The position numbers and the translations under genes were made by a program. A DNA stretch of 64,000 nucleotides. Origin: Octopus vulgaris. Its lineage: Eukaryota. How positions within the stretch are numbered: the first letter of the stretch is position 1; every line of letters starts with the position of its first letter. The stretch spans positions 60,202,001 through 60,266,000 of the forward strand of contig OX597824.1 of NCBI GenBank assembly GCA_951406725.2, read 5' to 3'. Shown in pieces: positions 27,085-40,185 of the stretch. Under the pieces are notes generated by a model that was not told the DNA's origin, did not search any database, and saw only the letters and a program-made list of their open reading frames with translations.

Positions 27085-27721
27085 TTCCATATTAAAACTG
27101 CTTCTTCTAAGGACTTCATTGCAGTGTACAGAGATTTCATTGAAAACTGTTCTTTTGAAGATATTGGGATAGCTTTAACCCCTTCCCAAATTAATTATTT
27201 CCCAGCATGTGTTTTATTTTGAATTGAATTCTTTTTTTTTTTACTTAGAATGAATACTTTTTGTTGTTTATTATTGCTGAAAACATTCTGCTATTTAATA
27301 TCATATGTTATTAGATGATACACAATAAAAACCTGTTGACGCAATCATGAAACATCGCATTTTTTTTTACATACATATTTTCTGATTATAATTATAAGAA
27401 AGCAGAAAAAAGGAGTAAAAAATAAGAGGGTAAACATACTTTATTTGCAATAAACAGGCATTATTTATTTGGTATGGTAACATGTATGGAAACATGGTAT
27501 TACACATAAGCAAACATTACAGGTTAGATACATATATTTAAAGGCGTTTATGAATTTTTATTCTGCTACTGTCTCATTTCATTGCACAAATTTTGCATTG
27601 TCTTGTTGAAATATTTCTTCTTTTTAGTAGGAGGAATATCCACAGGAAAATATTGAGGAAAAAATAAATAGGATAGGGAAATGTCAAAGGTCTTCAACTT
27701 TTGGATATGAAATATACAGAT
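27085..27721 (-). mobile_element. Inverted second copy of the piggyBac 3' fragment plus the same flank
   Basis: Reverse complement of 16537-17174; TTAA|ccccttccc at 27175. Confidence 0.8.
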
Positions 27722-28043
27722 GATATTTTGTGATAGTTTGTTCAATGAATTGCAGAATTAATAACAACTGTCGTGAGTGAGCTGTATATCCATGCATGCT
27801 GTCTCTGAGTATTGAGCAGAATCTAACAAAAAAAGTTCTGTCAGTGCTTATCACATCTGGCTAACAGGCTTAGAAAGTTCATAAGGCAATTTATGTGTGT
27901 GAGAATGGTCCAGAAAGGTTGGAAGACTATGGAATTACATCATGTTACTAGTCCATTATATATTTTTAGGTAATATTTTTGTGCCTTTCACAAAGAATAA
28001 CAATATCAAACTTTGAGATATCTTGAGATAAACTAGGAAGAGA

Positions 28044-28271
28044 TTAATCCTTTAGCATTCAGTTAACCTTGTCATATGTTATGCTTATTTATTCACACTG
28101 TTTTAAATTTATCATTCATCATCTTATAGCTTCAAGATTTTAGTTGTGTGATTGTTTATTTTTAGAATGTCATTGTAGAGTATTTGTGAGAAGCCAGATC
28201 TGCCTGCTCTGAATATAAAACAGGGAGAATATTTAGGCTGGCTATGGCTGGTTTAAATGCTAACAGGTTAA
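28044..28271. mobile_element. TTAA-flanked (piggyBac-type) MITE; related copy at ~43925-44100
   Basis: ttaatcctttagcatt .. aatgctaacaggttaa. Confidence 0.7.
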
Positions 28272-29994
28272 ACAAGTATTTTTAACTAAACTGTTAATAA
28301 TTCTTTTTTGGGTGATTGAAGGATTTCTGGATGTAATGTAGCTTTTTATTCTTTTAATTTTGCAAGTCAGTATATGTAAAATAATTTAACCCTAGAGTAA
28401 TGTCTAAGAAATTAACAAAATCTAGACAGGCCTCTACTGTAAATATAGACTCAGAGTCTCTTAAAAAATTGATATTACAAACTGAGGAATTAAGTGAAAC
28501 TATGTGTCAACATACATGAGTATTGATACTTATACACACACACACACGCATATATATGCATGTGTATATCCGAGCATACACCCATACATCAGCCTTTCAA
28601 ATGTACATGTACTTTTTATGTGTGAAAATTTACATAGATTAGTCAATCTTTCAAGTTGCATTATTGTTAATTTATATTAATAAAACTTTCTGAGAATGTA
28701 AATTCTTTTAAATTTAGTAAAAGTACAATATATTGTCATGAGATTCCATGTCATTAATTATTTATAAACACACATAAGCACACACATGCATGCATGTGCA
28801 CACACACACATACATACACACATGCACAGATAATCCCACTCGTGGACGCAACCTCAGGTATAAAGACACACAGACAGACAGACAGACAGACATACACACA
28901 TGCATGCTCTCACATAGAGACACACTCATACATACCCTCATGTGCATACACAAGCATTCACACACATGCATACATACATACACACTCACATATGCATGCA
29001 CATTTGTACACATACTCACATACACTTACACACACACATAACCCCCATACTCAAACACATACCCACCCACTCACACATATACCCCCTCCCCACGCACATA
29101 CACACAACCACACTCACTTTCTCACACACACAGACTTGAATAGGGAGTCAGAGGTCAGTAATTATCACAGAAGGTATTTATTATCTCTCAGCTGCTGATA
29201 ACATCATGATTGAATGTAATTTTTGACCACACTCCACCTTCCTTAACACCTGACTAATAATCACACCTTCTCTAATGAACACATTAACACTATTACAAAC
29301 AACTAAGTGCTACAGCATGCTGTGACAGACTCTCTTCAAAAACAGTTCTTGTGTCTCTATCCAAGGCTGCGATACTATCAAAGTCCACCTTGGTCCAGTC
29401 AGTACACCTGCCTCATTCTTCTATTCCCATGACTATGACGTGTCACCCCTCAATACTCCTACTTATACAATGTTCCCAATCTAGGTAACTGACGTCAATA
29501 ATTAACTGTTTGTAGCAGGATCTAAAACTGGAGTTTAAATCTCAGTGTTTATAATAGTACAAGTAATGAGAAATGAAGGCAGATGGGCTGAATGCCTGTG
29601 TATCCACATTTGAGTTGTTTTTAGATGTTTGGGGATTTGTAGAGAGAACTGATTTTGGTAAAAAAAAAAAAAATTAAGGAACAATTGAAAGTAAAGTTGG
29701 CATATATATGTTTGGTAGTTTAAATTTCAATATTGACCAACCCATATCAACTATATATGTGTGTGTGTATATATATATATACACACACACATATATAGTT
29801 GATATGGGTTGGTCAAGTGGTTGGCATTAGGAAGGGCATCCAGCTGTAGAAATTCTGCCAGATCAGATTGGATCCTGGCACAGCCATCTGGTTCGCCAGT
29901 CCTCAGTCAAATCATCCAACCCATGCTAGCATGGAAAGCGGACATTAAATGATGATGATGATGATGAAAGTTATATGTGTGTGTGTGTGTGTGT

Positions 29995-30304
29995 GGAGGT
30001 GCAATGGCCCAGTGGTTAGGGCAGTGGACTCGCGCTCGTAGGATCGCGGTTTCGATTCCCAGACCAGGTGTTGTGAGTGTTTATCGAGCGAAAACACCTA
30101 AAGCTTCATGAGGCCCCGGCAGGGGCGGTGGCAATCCCTGCTGTACTCTTTTGCCACAACTTTCTCTCACTCTTTCTTCTGTTGGCCTGCTTGCTTAGCC
30201 AGCAGGGTGGCGTCATTCGAAGGCTAAAACAATGTGAAGCGCATTGTGACCAGTGATGTGTAGCAACATATGATAGCCTGGTCAGTCACGGTAACCACGG
30301 TGAT
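29995..30304 (+). mobile_element. tRNA-derived SINE (family B)
   Basis: A box tggcccagtgg, B box ggtttcgattcc, ~300-bp body ending in cacggtga repeats. Confidence 0.75.
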
Positions 30305-30366
30305 ATATATATATATATATACACCCACACAGATGCAAATACATTTAAATTTAACACTCACAGACG

Positions 30367-30413
<47 letters not shown>

Positions 30414-30891
30414 ACATGTCATACAGCTGCTATCAGGGGAAGATAAACTTTAATTGTTGTTGTTGTTGATGATGATGATACATACATACATGCATGCATA
30501 CATACATATGTATGTTGTATACATATACGTGTGTGTATATATATACAAAAATATGTAATATAATATATAACATAATATATATAATGTAATATATATTTAA
30601 ATATATATATATTCTTTTATTCTTTTACTTGTCTCAGTCATTTGACTGTAGCCATGCTGGATCACTGCCTTTAGTTGAACAAATCAACCCCAGGACTTAT
30701 CCTTTGTAAGCCTTTTACTTATTCTATCAGTCTCTTTTGCTGAACCGCTAAGTTACAGGGACATAAACACACCAACATTAGTTGTCAAACGATGGTGGGG
30801 GACAAAGATAGACACACAAATACACACACACACACACATACATACACACACACACACACTCACACACAAACAAACACACACACACACACAT

Positions 30892-30920
<29 letters not shown>

Positions 30921-30922
<2 letters not shown>

Positions 30923-31511
30923 AGGAATACCAAAAATGGGACAAGAACACAAAACATCCAGACAGATGATACAAAAAACAAGGATGGGTCATTCGGAGTT
31001 TTCTTTCTTCAATTGAGTTCCAGATTATCTTTGCAATTTCGGCTTGTTATACTCAAGATTGCGCCAATCTGGTCAGCCTCAAGGAAAAACTAAGCTAAGA
31101 GCACTAGATTCCTTGAAAGAAAGCAGTGAATGTATATGAATACAAGGACAGAAAAAAATGGAGAAATGATACACAAATATAGATGTAAATAAGTACATTA
31201 ACAACAGGTGTCTTTCGACTAAGGACGAATTAAATTAAGCTGGCATGTGTGGAAGCAGGGACACATTTGCTGCTTCTTCCAAGGAATCTAGTGCTTATAG
31301 CTTAGTTTTCCTTGAGGCTGGCCAGATTGGAGCAATCTCAAGTATAACCAGCCGAAATTGCAAAGATAATCTGGAACTTAACTGAAGAAAGAAAACTCTG
31401 AATGACCCATCCTTGTTTTTTTGTATTGTCTGTCTGGATATTTTGTTGTCCCTTTTTGTATCCTCTAATTGTCTGGATGTTTTGCATTCTTGTCCCATTT
31501 TTAGTATTCCT
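30921..31511. repeat. Head-to-head inverted repeat (~210-240-bp arms) in (TA)n context
   Basis: aggaataccaaaaatgggacaagaa.. versus ..ttcttgtcccatttttagtattcct. Confidence 0.9.
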
Positions 31512-31551
31512 TTTTATATAAATATAGCAGCGTACGTACACTTTGGTTTCT

Positions 31552-31597
<46 letters not shown>

Positions 31598-32074
31598 ATG
31601 GGCTTCTTTCAGTTTCCATCTACTAAATTCACTTAGAAGGCTTTGGTCAGCTCAAGGTATGCAGTGGGACTGAACCTTGAACCATGCGGTTGGGAAGCAA
31701 GCTTCTTATCACACAGCCACTCCTGCACCTATATGTATAAGATAAATAATATAATACAGTATGATATAATATATTTATATATATAAAATATATAATATGT
31801 GTGTGTGTGTGATCATCATCATCATCATCACCATCATCATTCAATGTCTTTATTCCATGCTGGCATGAGTTGGACAGTGGTGCATGACAGTCCAAAGTGT
31901 AGGTATAAACTCCATATGCTGTATGCCATGTAAGCTATGGACATGCAAGAGATGTAGTGCAATCACAAGCAAACTAATAGAGAACATAAGCTTATGTTCT
32001 CTGCTAGTTTGCTTGTGATTCCACTACATCTCTTGCATTGGGTACAGTATATGGAGTTTATACCTACTCTTTTC

Positions 32075-32574
32075 TATATATTGAGTAAAGTCATTTCCCT
32101 GAAGGTACCAAGGTCCTGCCTCCTTTTCTACCTACTAAAATCTTTGTCTTTATTTAAGTTTACCTTAAGGCCTTTCAAATATAATCTTAGCATCCATACT
32201 CAGAATTTCCTGTGTAATTCTTCTACAGATCCAGTTATAAGAACTAGCTCATCAATATACAGGAGTTCCCATGGACTTCTAGTCTTAAACTTCTCTGTGA
32301 TGGACTGTTGATCTATGATGACTTACAGGGAACTGAAAGCTGTGCCTCAACCTTCACACAAAGTTTATCACTGAAATCATTGTTGATACTCACTTTACTG
32401 CATCTTTGTACATGGCTTATACAGCTCTCACAAGCCATTCATCGATGCCTTGTTTTCTTAATGCGGTACTCTGTCAGATGCTTTCTCCAGGTCAATGAAA
32501 GCCATAAATAATGGTTTGCTCTTAGCCAAGTATTTCTCCTGCAGAAGCCTCACTAGGAAGATTGCATCTGTTTC

Positions 32575-32575
<1 letters not shown>
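32075..32575 (-). mobile_element. Degenerate RTE RT fragment
   Basis: Homologous to 18650-19150 (DAIFLVRLLQEKYLAK, FIDLEKA). Confidence 0.8.
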
Positions 32576-32623
<48 letters not shown>

Positions 32624-32802
32624 CACATCTACACACACATATATACATACATATATACATATATCTACACATGCAGACATATATCATCATCATCATCATC
32701 ATCATCTAGAATTCCATGTTCGATGGTTGTCAAATTGTCTAAGCCATGTCAACATGGAACATGAACATTATATGATGTTGATGATTTATATATTTATGTA
32801 TT

Positions 32803-32842
<40 letters not shown>

Positions 32843-32867
32843 TGTAAAAATGGAATTTTCATTTCAG

Positions 32868-33002
32868 GATGAAAATAGAAAATCAGAATTCAAAAGAATG
32901 TGTAAGCAACAAAAGTCATAAACATTTGAAGAAGGAAATTCAAGACAAAGTCCGCAGCTACCACAGAAATCCAGTTGCAGAGAATAAAATTCCATCTTAC
33001 AT
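32868..33002 (+). CDS. Internal coding exon of FAM161A-like gene (135 nt, phase 2-2)
   Basis: Acceptor ttttcatttcag and donor gtgagt. Reads (x)MKIENQNSKECVSNKSHKHLKKEIQDKVRSYHRNPVAENKIPSY(I) with no stop and joins the 40186 exon in frame. Basic/charged composition fits; homology is weaker than for the next two exons. Confidence 0.7.
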
Positions 33003-33543
33003 GTGAGTTACTTCTTAGTATCCATTGTAGTTGCTGATTTTAGCCCAAGGCAGCATCGATTATGCTGACTTATGATCTAAGGTACTCCATTCACACCCAT
33101 TCTGTCTCTTGCAGGTTAGGATATCTAGAACTTCATCACTATCCAACATATCCCTCCTTTTTTAAAAACAGTAGTGTATGACAGGAGGGAAATTTGGTTT
33201 CTATTTCTATCACGTGAAATGGCTACAAAGAGGTTCTCTTGATTTGCAGTTATTTGCTTTTGTTTTTGTTGTTTGCTACTGTCTTTGTTATTGTTGTTTA
33301 CTGTTAGGTCAGTCAGCTCTCATCAAACAGTCATGAGCTGCCTTTAATTCAAACATAATAGTCTACCTAGGATTACTTATGCAACTTGTTCTCTCTTTAT
33401 TTTTGTGAAATGACTTGAGTGGGATTCAGTTGCTGTTTCTAACAACGAGTTGTAACTCCTTTGTCAACCCAGTTTGTTGTTATGATCTTGAACACAATAA
33501 TACTATGTGTGTGCATGCATGTGTATATATATATATATATATC

Positions 33544-33799
33544 GAAGTGTACAGTATCATATATTCATTATGGCAATCTTGCCAATTGGTTTTGCGCTAG
33601 GGATTCAACAGAGTGTTAGGTAGCAGTCAAATTATGTAACCTTGTGTTCATCAGTGGTAGCCGTTATGGAATGAAATACGGCTACCTCTGATGAGTGCAG
33701 GGTTACATAATCAGACTGTTACCTAACACTACATTGAATCCTTAGCCTGAAACTGATTGGTAAGATTGGCTATAACGGATATATAATACTGTCCACTTC
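33544..33799. repeat. Head-to-head inverted repeat (~120-bp arms, ~12-nt loop) with a hammerhead in each arm
   Basis: gaagtgtacagtatcatatat.. versus ..atatataatactgtccacttc. Confidence 0.9.
33681..33770 (+). ncRNA. Type I hammerhead ribozyme motif with extended stem II
   Basis: gctacct-CTGATGA-gtgcaggg..tccttagcct-GAAA-ctgattgg-TA-agattggc. The inverted sister arm has CTGATGA..cctagcgc-aAAA-ccaattgg, giving a palindromic stem III consensus. Stem I is imperfect. Confidence 0.6.
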
Positions 33800-34574
33800 A
33801 ACTAATATACCCACCCTACTGACAGAGATATGAGTGCATTTTTTCCTGACTCTTAGATGATTTACACACACACACACATATGTTCATCAAAATATAATTT
33901 CTTCGATCCATTGCCATCAATCTTATCAATTTGTTTCACACTGGATATTAAGTGGCCAAACGATTATTCAAAAACTATGTTCATTGAAGGTGATATGAGA
34001 AAATAGTGACTGCTCTCTCTTTTTATCCCAACTCACCATGCTAACTTACAGTTAATGAAAGAGAAAAAGAGAGAGAGTACCAAATGTATAGGTCCAATGA
34101 ATTTTGTTTAGGATAATAACATGCAGTTATAGTTGCTATGTCTGTTTATTAGCTAAATTAGAGACATCTGCTGCAAATTGTGCTTTTTCCAGCTAGATTG
34201 ATCATGATTATAATGGTTAATCATTTAACCATTATACATCTGTCACCTATTTCAAACAGCACTGCTTTATCACCTTATTAATCCTCCTGCTTGATTTAAA
34301 AACAGCTTTGAAAAACAATAGGAAAATATCTATGAAAACTATGTTGACAGTTGCAGAAGAAATTTAACAGTGGCCTGTCTGTGTTAGCAGTATAGGGGAA
34401 TGATACCTCTATGCAAGTGTAGAGGCTTCATGTGTTGTGGAATGGTCTTCACTGACATTATCTTATTATAATGTTGTAAGCTTATACAGTTTTATATCAA
34501 GTTGTCCTGTATGCAATTAGAGGTTGCTATGGTTGCTGTCTCATGATTGTAATGAAGGATGAGAATTTATTTGC

Positions 34575-34797
34575 TAGCTGAAGATGAAGAAGAGGAGATG
34601 AGGACAGGATAGGTAAAGGAAAAGACAAGGGAAGTAAAAGGAGGTGGGAGGAAGAGAGAAGAAGAAAGAAAGAGGAGGGGAAGGACAGGGAAGGAAGAGG
34701 CTGAGGGAAATGAAAGAAGAGGTGGGAGGAAGACAGAAGAAGAGGGAAAAGGGGACAGGAAGGAAAGGGAATGAAGGGGAGGAGGGGAGGAGGAGCT
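34575..34797 (+). repeat. Polypurine (GA-rich) tract
   Basis: About 220 nt of almost pure A/G. Confidence 0.9.
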
Positions 34798-36035
34798 GAC
34801 CAGCGTTTATAGATTGTTGTTGTTATTTACAACAATACTCTGATTCATTAAACTGACCAATGATCAAAGACAGTCTTGTGGTGACCATCTTATTTTTTCC
34901 TTTCTTCAGGCACAGCATTATCTCTGATTGCATTATCTAATGAGTTTTTCTTGTGCTTTTTTTTTTGAAGATAGCAAAGAAGAGTCTGAGGGGTATTTGA
35001 TGTCCTTTTTGGTTAGTGTATATTTATAGGATATGTTGTAGAACAGACATGGGACGTGGGGTAACATAATAAAGTTGGTAGGGTTAAGATCTTAAATGGT
35101 TACAGGTCATTGGTTGATATGGATGGATTTATGTTGGAAAGGATTATTGTTTTATTTTATTTTCTCTTCTAAGTCTGATATTTATTCTATCAGTTACTTT
35201 TGCTAAATCACTTTAAAGGAGTTCACCATGTTGGTTATCAGGTCAGATATCTAGTTTGAAGCTAACATCCTTTTTTCTTCCCCACTGTCTCAGGTACCTT
35301 GGAGGAAATAGAGGATCGGGGTGCTGCCATTTCTTTCATGACTGAATGGTAAAGATAAATAAATTACTCAATTAACAAATAAGCAAGCAGGCAATTATGA
35401 GCCACTGAGGGTTGCCTCAACATGGTTGCTCAATGAGCTGGAAATAGCATCAAAATTTCCCTTAAACAATACCCCGCTCTCTTCAAAAAGGAGTAAAACA
35501 CATTGAATAATGTAATCCTGAAAAAAAAAAGTAAAAACGGATGGTCATGGATGGAATGCTTTTGATCATAGATTTGCTTAACCAGTATTGGCTTAGTGCT
35601 AAACAACAACCATATAAATGACTAACAATTTGACTTTTACAGCTAGGAAACCAAATCTCCTTTCCATGTTAAATGACTACTTTATAACATAATTAGAGAT
35701 GTATTTGTGTGTCCCGCATTTTGACCTCTGAAAACTATTTCAAACAACCCCTATCCATATACACACAAGAGTTCAGAAAACAGAATTAGTCAGCTTTCCC
35801 TACTACTTTCTCCTTTCAAATGCATCTCTGAGCTTGTGACAATCTTATTTGCAAATTTTTGGTACTCCTCCTGCAGAGAAAGGTTTTATTTATTTATTTG
35901 GTAATTTATAGGTTTGTTTGCTTACTTGTTTGTTTATATATTTTGGCACTAATTCCAAATTGGTAAAACAATTCTTGAAAGTTGAATGACTTATGTGGAA
36001 TTTCAAAATGACCTAATTTACATATATGTAATATT

Positions 36036-36212
36036 GTATGTATGTATGTATGTATGTATGTATGTATGTATGTATGTATGTATGTATGTATGTATGTATG
36101 TATGTATGTATGTATGTATGTATGTATGTATGTGTGTGTGTATGTGTGTATGTATGTATGTATGTATGTATGTATGTATGTGTGTATGTATGTATGTATG
36201 TACGTATGTATG
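36036..36212 (+). repeat. (TATG)n microsatellite
   Basis: Directly visible. Confidence 0.95.
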
Positions 36213-36431
36213 CATGCAAGCAGGCATGGTTTGTGTAGTTAAGACGATGATGTAATAACCTAGTTATGTTGTATGTTGCATGTTATTCTCTGTATCTAGT
36301 TATGGTATTTATCATATACATCCTTTCTTCAACTAAAATTCTGTTGTAGTGTAAATTCATCAATATCTATAAAATTAATATCTCGTATATATATATATGT
36401 AAACAACAAACACACATACAATTATTGTAGC

Positions 36432-36499
<68 letters not shown>

Positions 36500-36512
36500 T
36501 ATACATGCATAT

Positions 36513-37350
36513 ATCATCATCCTTTAACGTTTGCTTTTCATGCTGGTATGGGTTGGATAATTTGACAGGAGCTGGTCAACTGGAGAGCTGCTTGGGCTCC
36601 ATATCTGTTTCCGCATGGTTTCTACAGCTGGATGCCCTTCCTAATGCCAATCACTTTACAGAGTGTACTTGGTGCCCTTATGCAGCACCAGCACAGGTGT
36701 TGTCACGTGGCACGGGCACAGTTGCTTTTTATGTAGCACTGGCATCCATGAGCCTGAAACATTATGAATGCTTAGCTGAAGAGGGGGATGCTGGAGACAT
36801 GCCTGTATACAAGGATGACCAAAAATATATTTAGCTTGACATGTCTTCTCTAGCACAACAAACTGCCAGAAGTCTCAGTCCTCTAAGATCCTTTCTCACT
36901 ACTCTGTCCCATGTCTTCTTGAGTCTATTCCTTCTTGATGCAACTGTCTCCATTCATATGCATCACATGACTGTACCATCACAGTCTTCTCTCTTGCACA
37001 CTACATCTGATGCCCTCTATATCCAGTTTTTCTCTCTAATCACTTACACTCTGTTGCATATGCACAACAACATTATCCTTCCAGCAGAGCATACTGGCTT
37101 CATTTCTTTCAAGCAATCATATGTCCTCTGCAGTTACTGCCCATGTTTCACTTCCATGTAGCATAGCTGTTTGTACAGAAGCATCATACAATCTGACTTT
37201 CACTCTGAGGGAGAGGTCCTTTGTTACTAATAGAGGTAGTAGCTCTCTGAACTTTACTCAGTCTATTCTCATTCTAGCAGCTATGCTTTCGGAACAACCT
37301 CCACCATTGTTAACTTGCTCTCATAAATAACAGAAACTGTCTTCTGTATC
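36513..37350 (-). mobile_element. Degenerate RTE 3' fragment
   Basis: Homologous to 17370-18420 (MLHGSETWAVTAED and 3' UTR). Confidence 0.85.
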
Positions 37351-37884
37351 TAAGGATCCTAACTGACATTTGAGGAAATATGTATAAATATATATATATA
37401 TATATATATGTAATCACCATCATCCTTTTTATGTGCACTTTTCCATGCTTGCATTGGTCAGACAGAATTTGTCGATATGGACTTTCTATGACCAGATGCC
37501 CTTCCATGTCCCCAGTACTTGCCTGTTTCCAAGTAAAAGGTAATATTTCCCCATTGCCAGGCATCTTTTCATGGAAGAATGGAAATGAAGGTCACTGCTT
37601 GGATGAAAGTGACAACTCTTACAACTATTATGCAGTGTCAAGCCAGAGACTGTAACAAACACATACACACTTACATATATACATATACCATCTACCAAAT
37701 ACACTCACTGGCTTTAGTCAGCCGAGGGCTATAGTAGAAGACTTAATTTAAGATGCCATCTAGAGGAACTGAAATTGTAACCATGTGGTTGGGAAGTAAA
37801 CTTTTTAATAACGCAGACAAACCTGCATCTACACACACACACACACACACAGTCACATGCCCACAAACATGCACACATGCACAC

Positions 37885-37924
<40 letters not shown>

Positions 37925-38363
37925 GGAAAGTTTACGAAAATAAACAAAAGACGAAGACAGGTGGTGTACAAAACAAACAAATGTATTAGTATAGCGCTAT
38001 ATATATTTATATATTTATATATATATATATGTCAGTGAATATATGTAAAAGTATAATACTTGTCAAAATTATGGTATTTATTTCTGTTTTCTGTTTAATA
38101 ATTCTTAATTTTTTTTGCTTCAAGCCTTGTTCCATTTTCTTCATGTATTATGTCTTGCTTTCATTCACTTATTTCTATTCTTTTAACTTTTGTATTCCTC
38201 TTGGGCAATCACTCTCTCTTTTCCTCTCTCTCAAGATATGTGTGTGTGCGTGTGTGTATCTGTGTGTGTGTGCGTGTATGTGTGTGTATGCCCCTCCTGG
38301 CTATTTTGTCTCAATCAAAATCTGCCTCTCATTTCTCTTCATTTCTCAGTGACATACACGCGT

Positions 38364-38427
<64 letters not shown>

Positions 38428-38429
38428 AT

Positions 38430-38460
<31 letters not shown>

Positions 38461-40185
38461 CATGGACATTCCCTTGTTGCAGAAACCCTGATATCATAAT
38501 CAATTCTATGTCTATCTTTTATTTTATCATACTACCTCTCTAATTACCCCTCTGGATTGTGTAGTTCTATTTTCTTTCCACTGTTTTTCTCTTTATCTTT
38601 TCCCCATGTCACTCATTTCACTTCCCTACTCTATATTTCACTGTTTGCTCATATGATTGCCTGTCTCACAATCTGGTAAGTACTTCTTTCTCTGCCTCTC
38701 CTATCCTGTTAATTTTCTACCTATTTATCTATCTAATTTATCTGCCATTATTATACTTCCCCCTTCTCTTTCTTTCTCCTCTCTCAGCTCAGTCATTGCT
38801 TTCTCCTAGTTTTACAAAAAGAGGAACCACTATAAACTACTATCAATCTTCTACATACCAATTTATCTATCCAATTTATCTTTGTTTCTTTCTCATCTTT
38901 CTCCTCTCTTTGTGCAATCATTGCTTTTTTCAGTTTCACAGAAAGAAGGAATACAATAAGCAAACAATAAAATTGACATGTGACCCAGTATTTTATATAT
39001 TAAGATATAATGTATATGAGTAAATAATACAAGCAAATGTAAGAAATTGACACCAAGCTGAATGTCTACAAGACTAGAAATTCCAGCATTGTTATATTGA
39101 ATCCAGCCTTGAAAATATATTTCATTTTGACAAATTTATACAAAATGCTTCTTGTACTGTCTGTAGTGCCTCATGGAATGATTGTATTAGAATCAGTACT
39201 ATAATTATCTTATGTCAATTGAATGGAATCCAAAATGTTGTAATCAAAACAGACCAGATGAGTTAGCCAAAAAGTCCACTGCCTAGAAAAACAGGTCATG
39301 TGTATTGAAATACAAGATTTATCATAAAGGGTTGGTTGGTTGGTAGGTCCTGGGTAAAATGAAAAGACACATAAATGCAAATATTGATGAAATAGAGATT
39401 TGCTTGCTATTTCTAGCAGATCAAGCAACCACATGGAGGCTTTCTCTTTGACTCAAATATTTCTATGTTTTTGTTTCTACTAAATGTTGTACTGTAGCCC
39501 ATATCATTGCTCTTATGATTTATTGTACAACATCTTTTATCTTTTGTTTGTCTTAGACTGCAGGCATGCTGCAGCACTGCCTTGAAGGGTTTAGCCAAAC
39601 AAATCAACTTCAGTACTTAATAGTTTTAAAACCTGATACTTATTTTATCACTCTCTTTTGCCAAACTGTTAAATTACAGGGATGTAATGAAACCAACACT
39701 GGCTGTCAATAGGTGGTGGTAGGGAACATATAAATGGACACACACATGGACATATATGTATACATACATATACACATATATACATATACGATAGGCTTCT
39801 TTCAGATTCTGTTTTTCAAATCCACTCACAAGGCTTTAGTTGGCCTGGAACTATAGTAGAAGACACTTGCCATGTAGTGGGACTGAATCCAGAACCATGT
39901 TGCTGAGAAGCAAACTTTTTATTACTCAGCCACACCTGCCCCTATATTCATGAATATTTTACATTTTATCAAATATTAGAACATGGTCATTAGATGATGA
40001 TGATTTGAACACCAAAAGAATTTTGTTTTGTGACTGTATTGGAATTATATCCTGAGCTCTTGATTGGGAGCTGCAGCACTATAACAATAATTTAGTTTCA
40101 TTGCGGGGTCAGTTGAGGACAGCTTGTTTAGAATGCAGAATAACAATGCAAATTGTTCTAATGTTTTACCATTATAATTGTGTAG

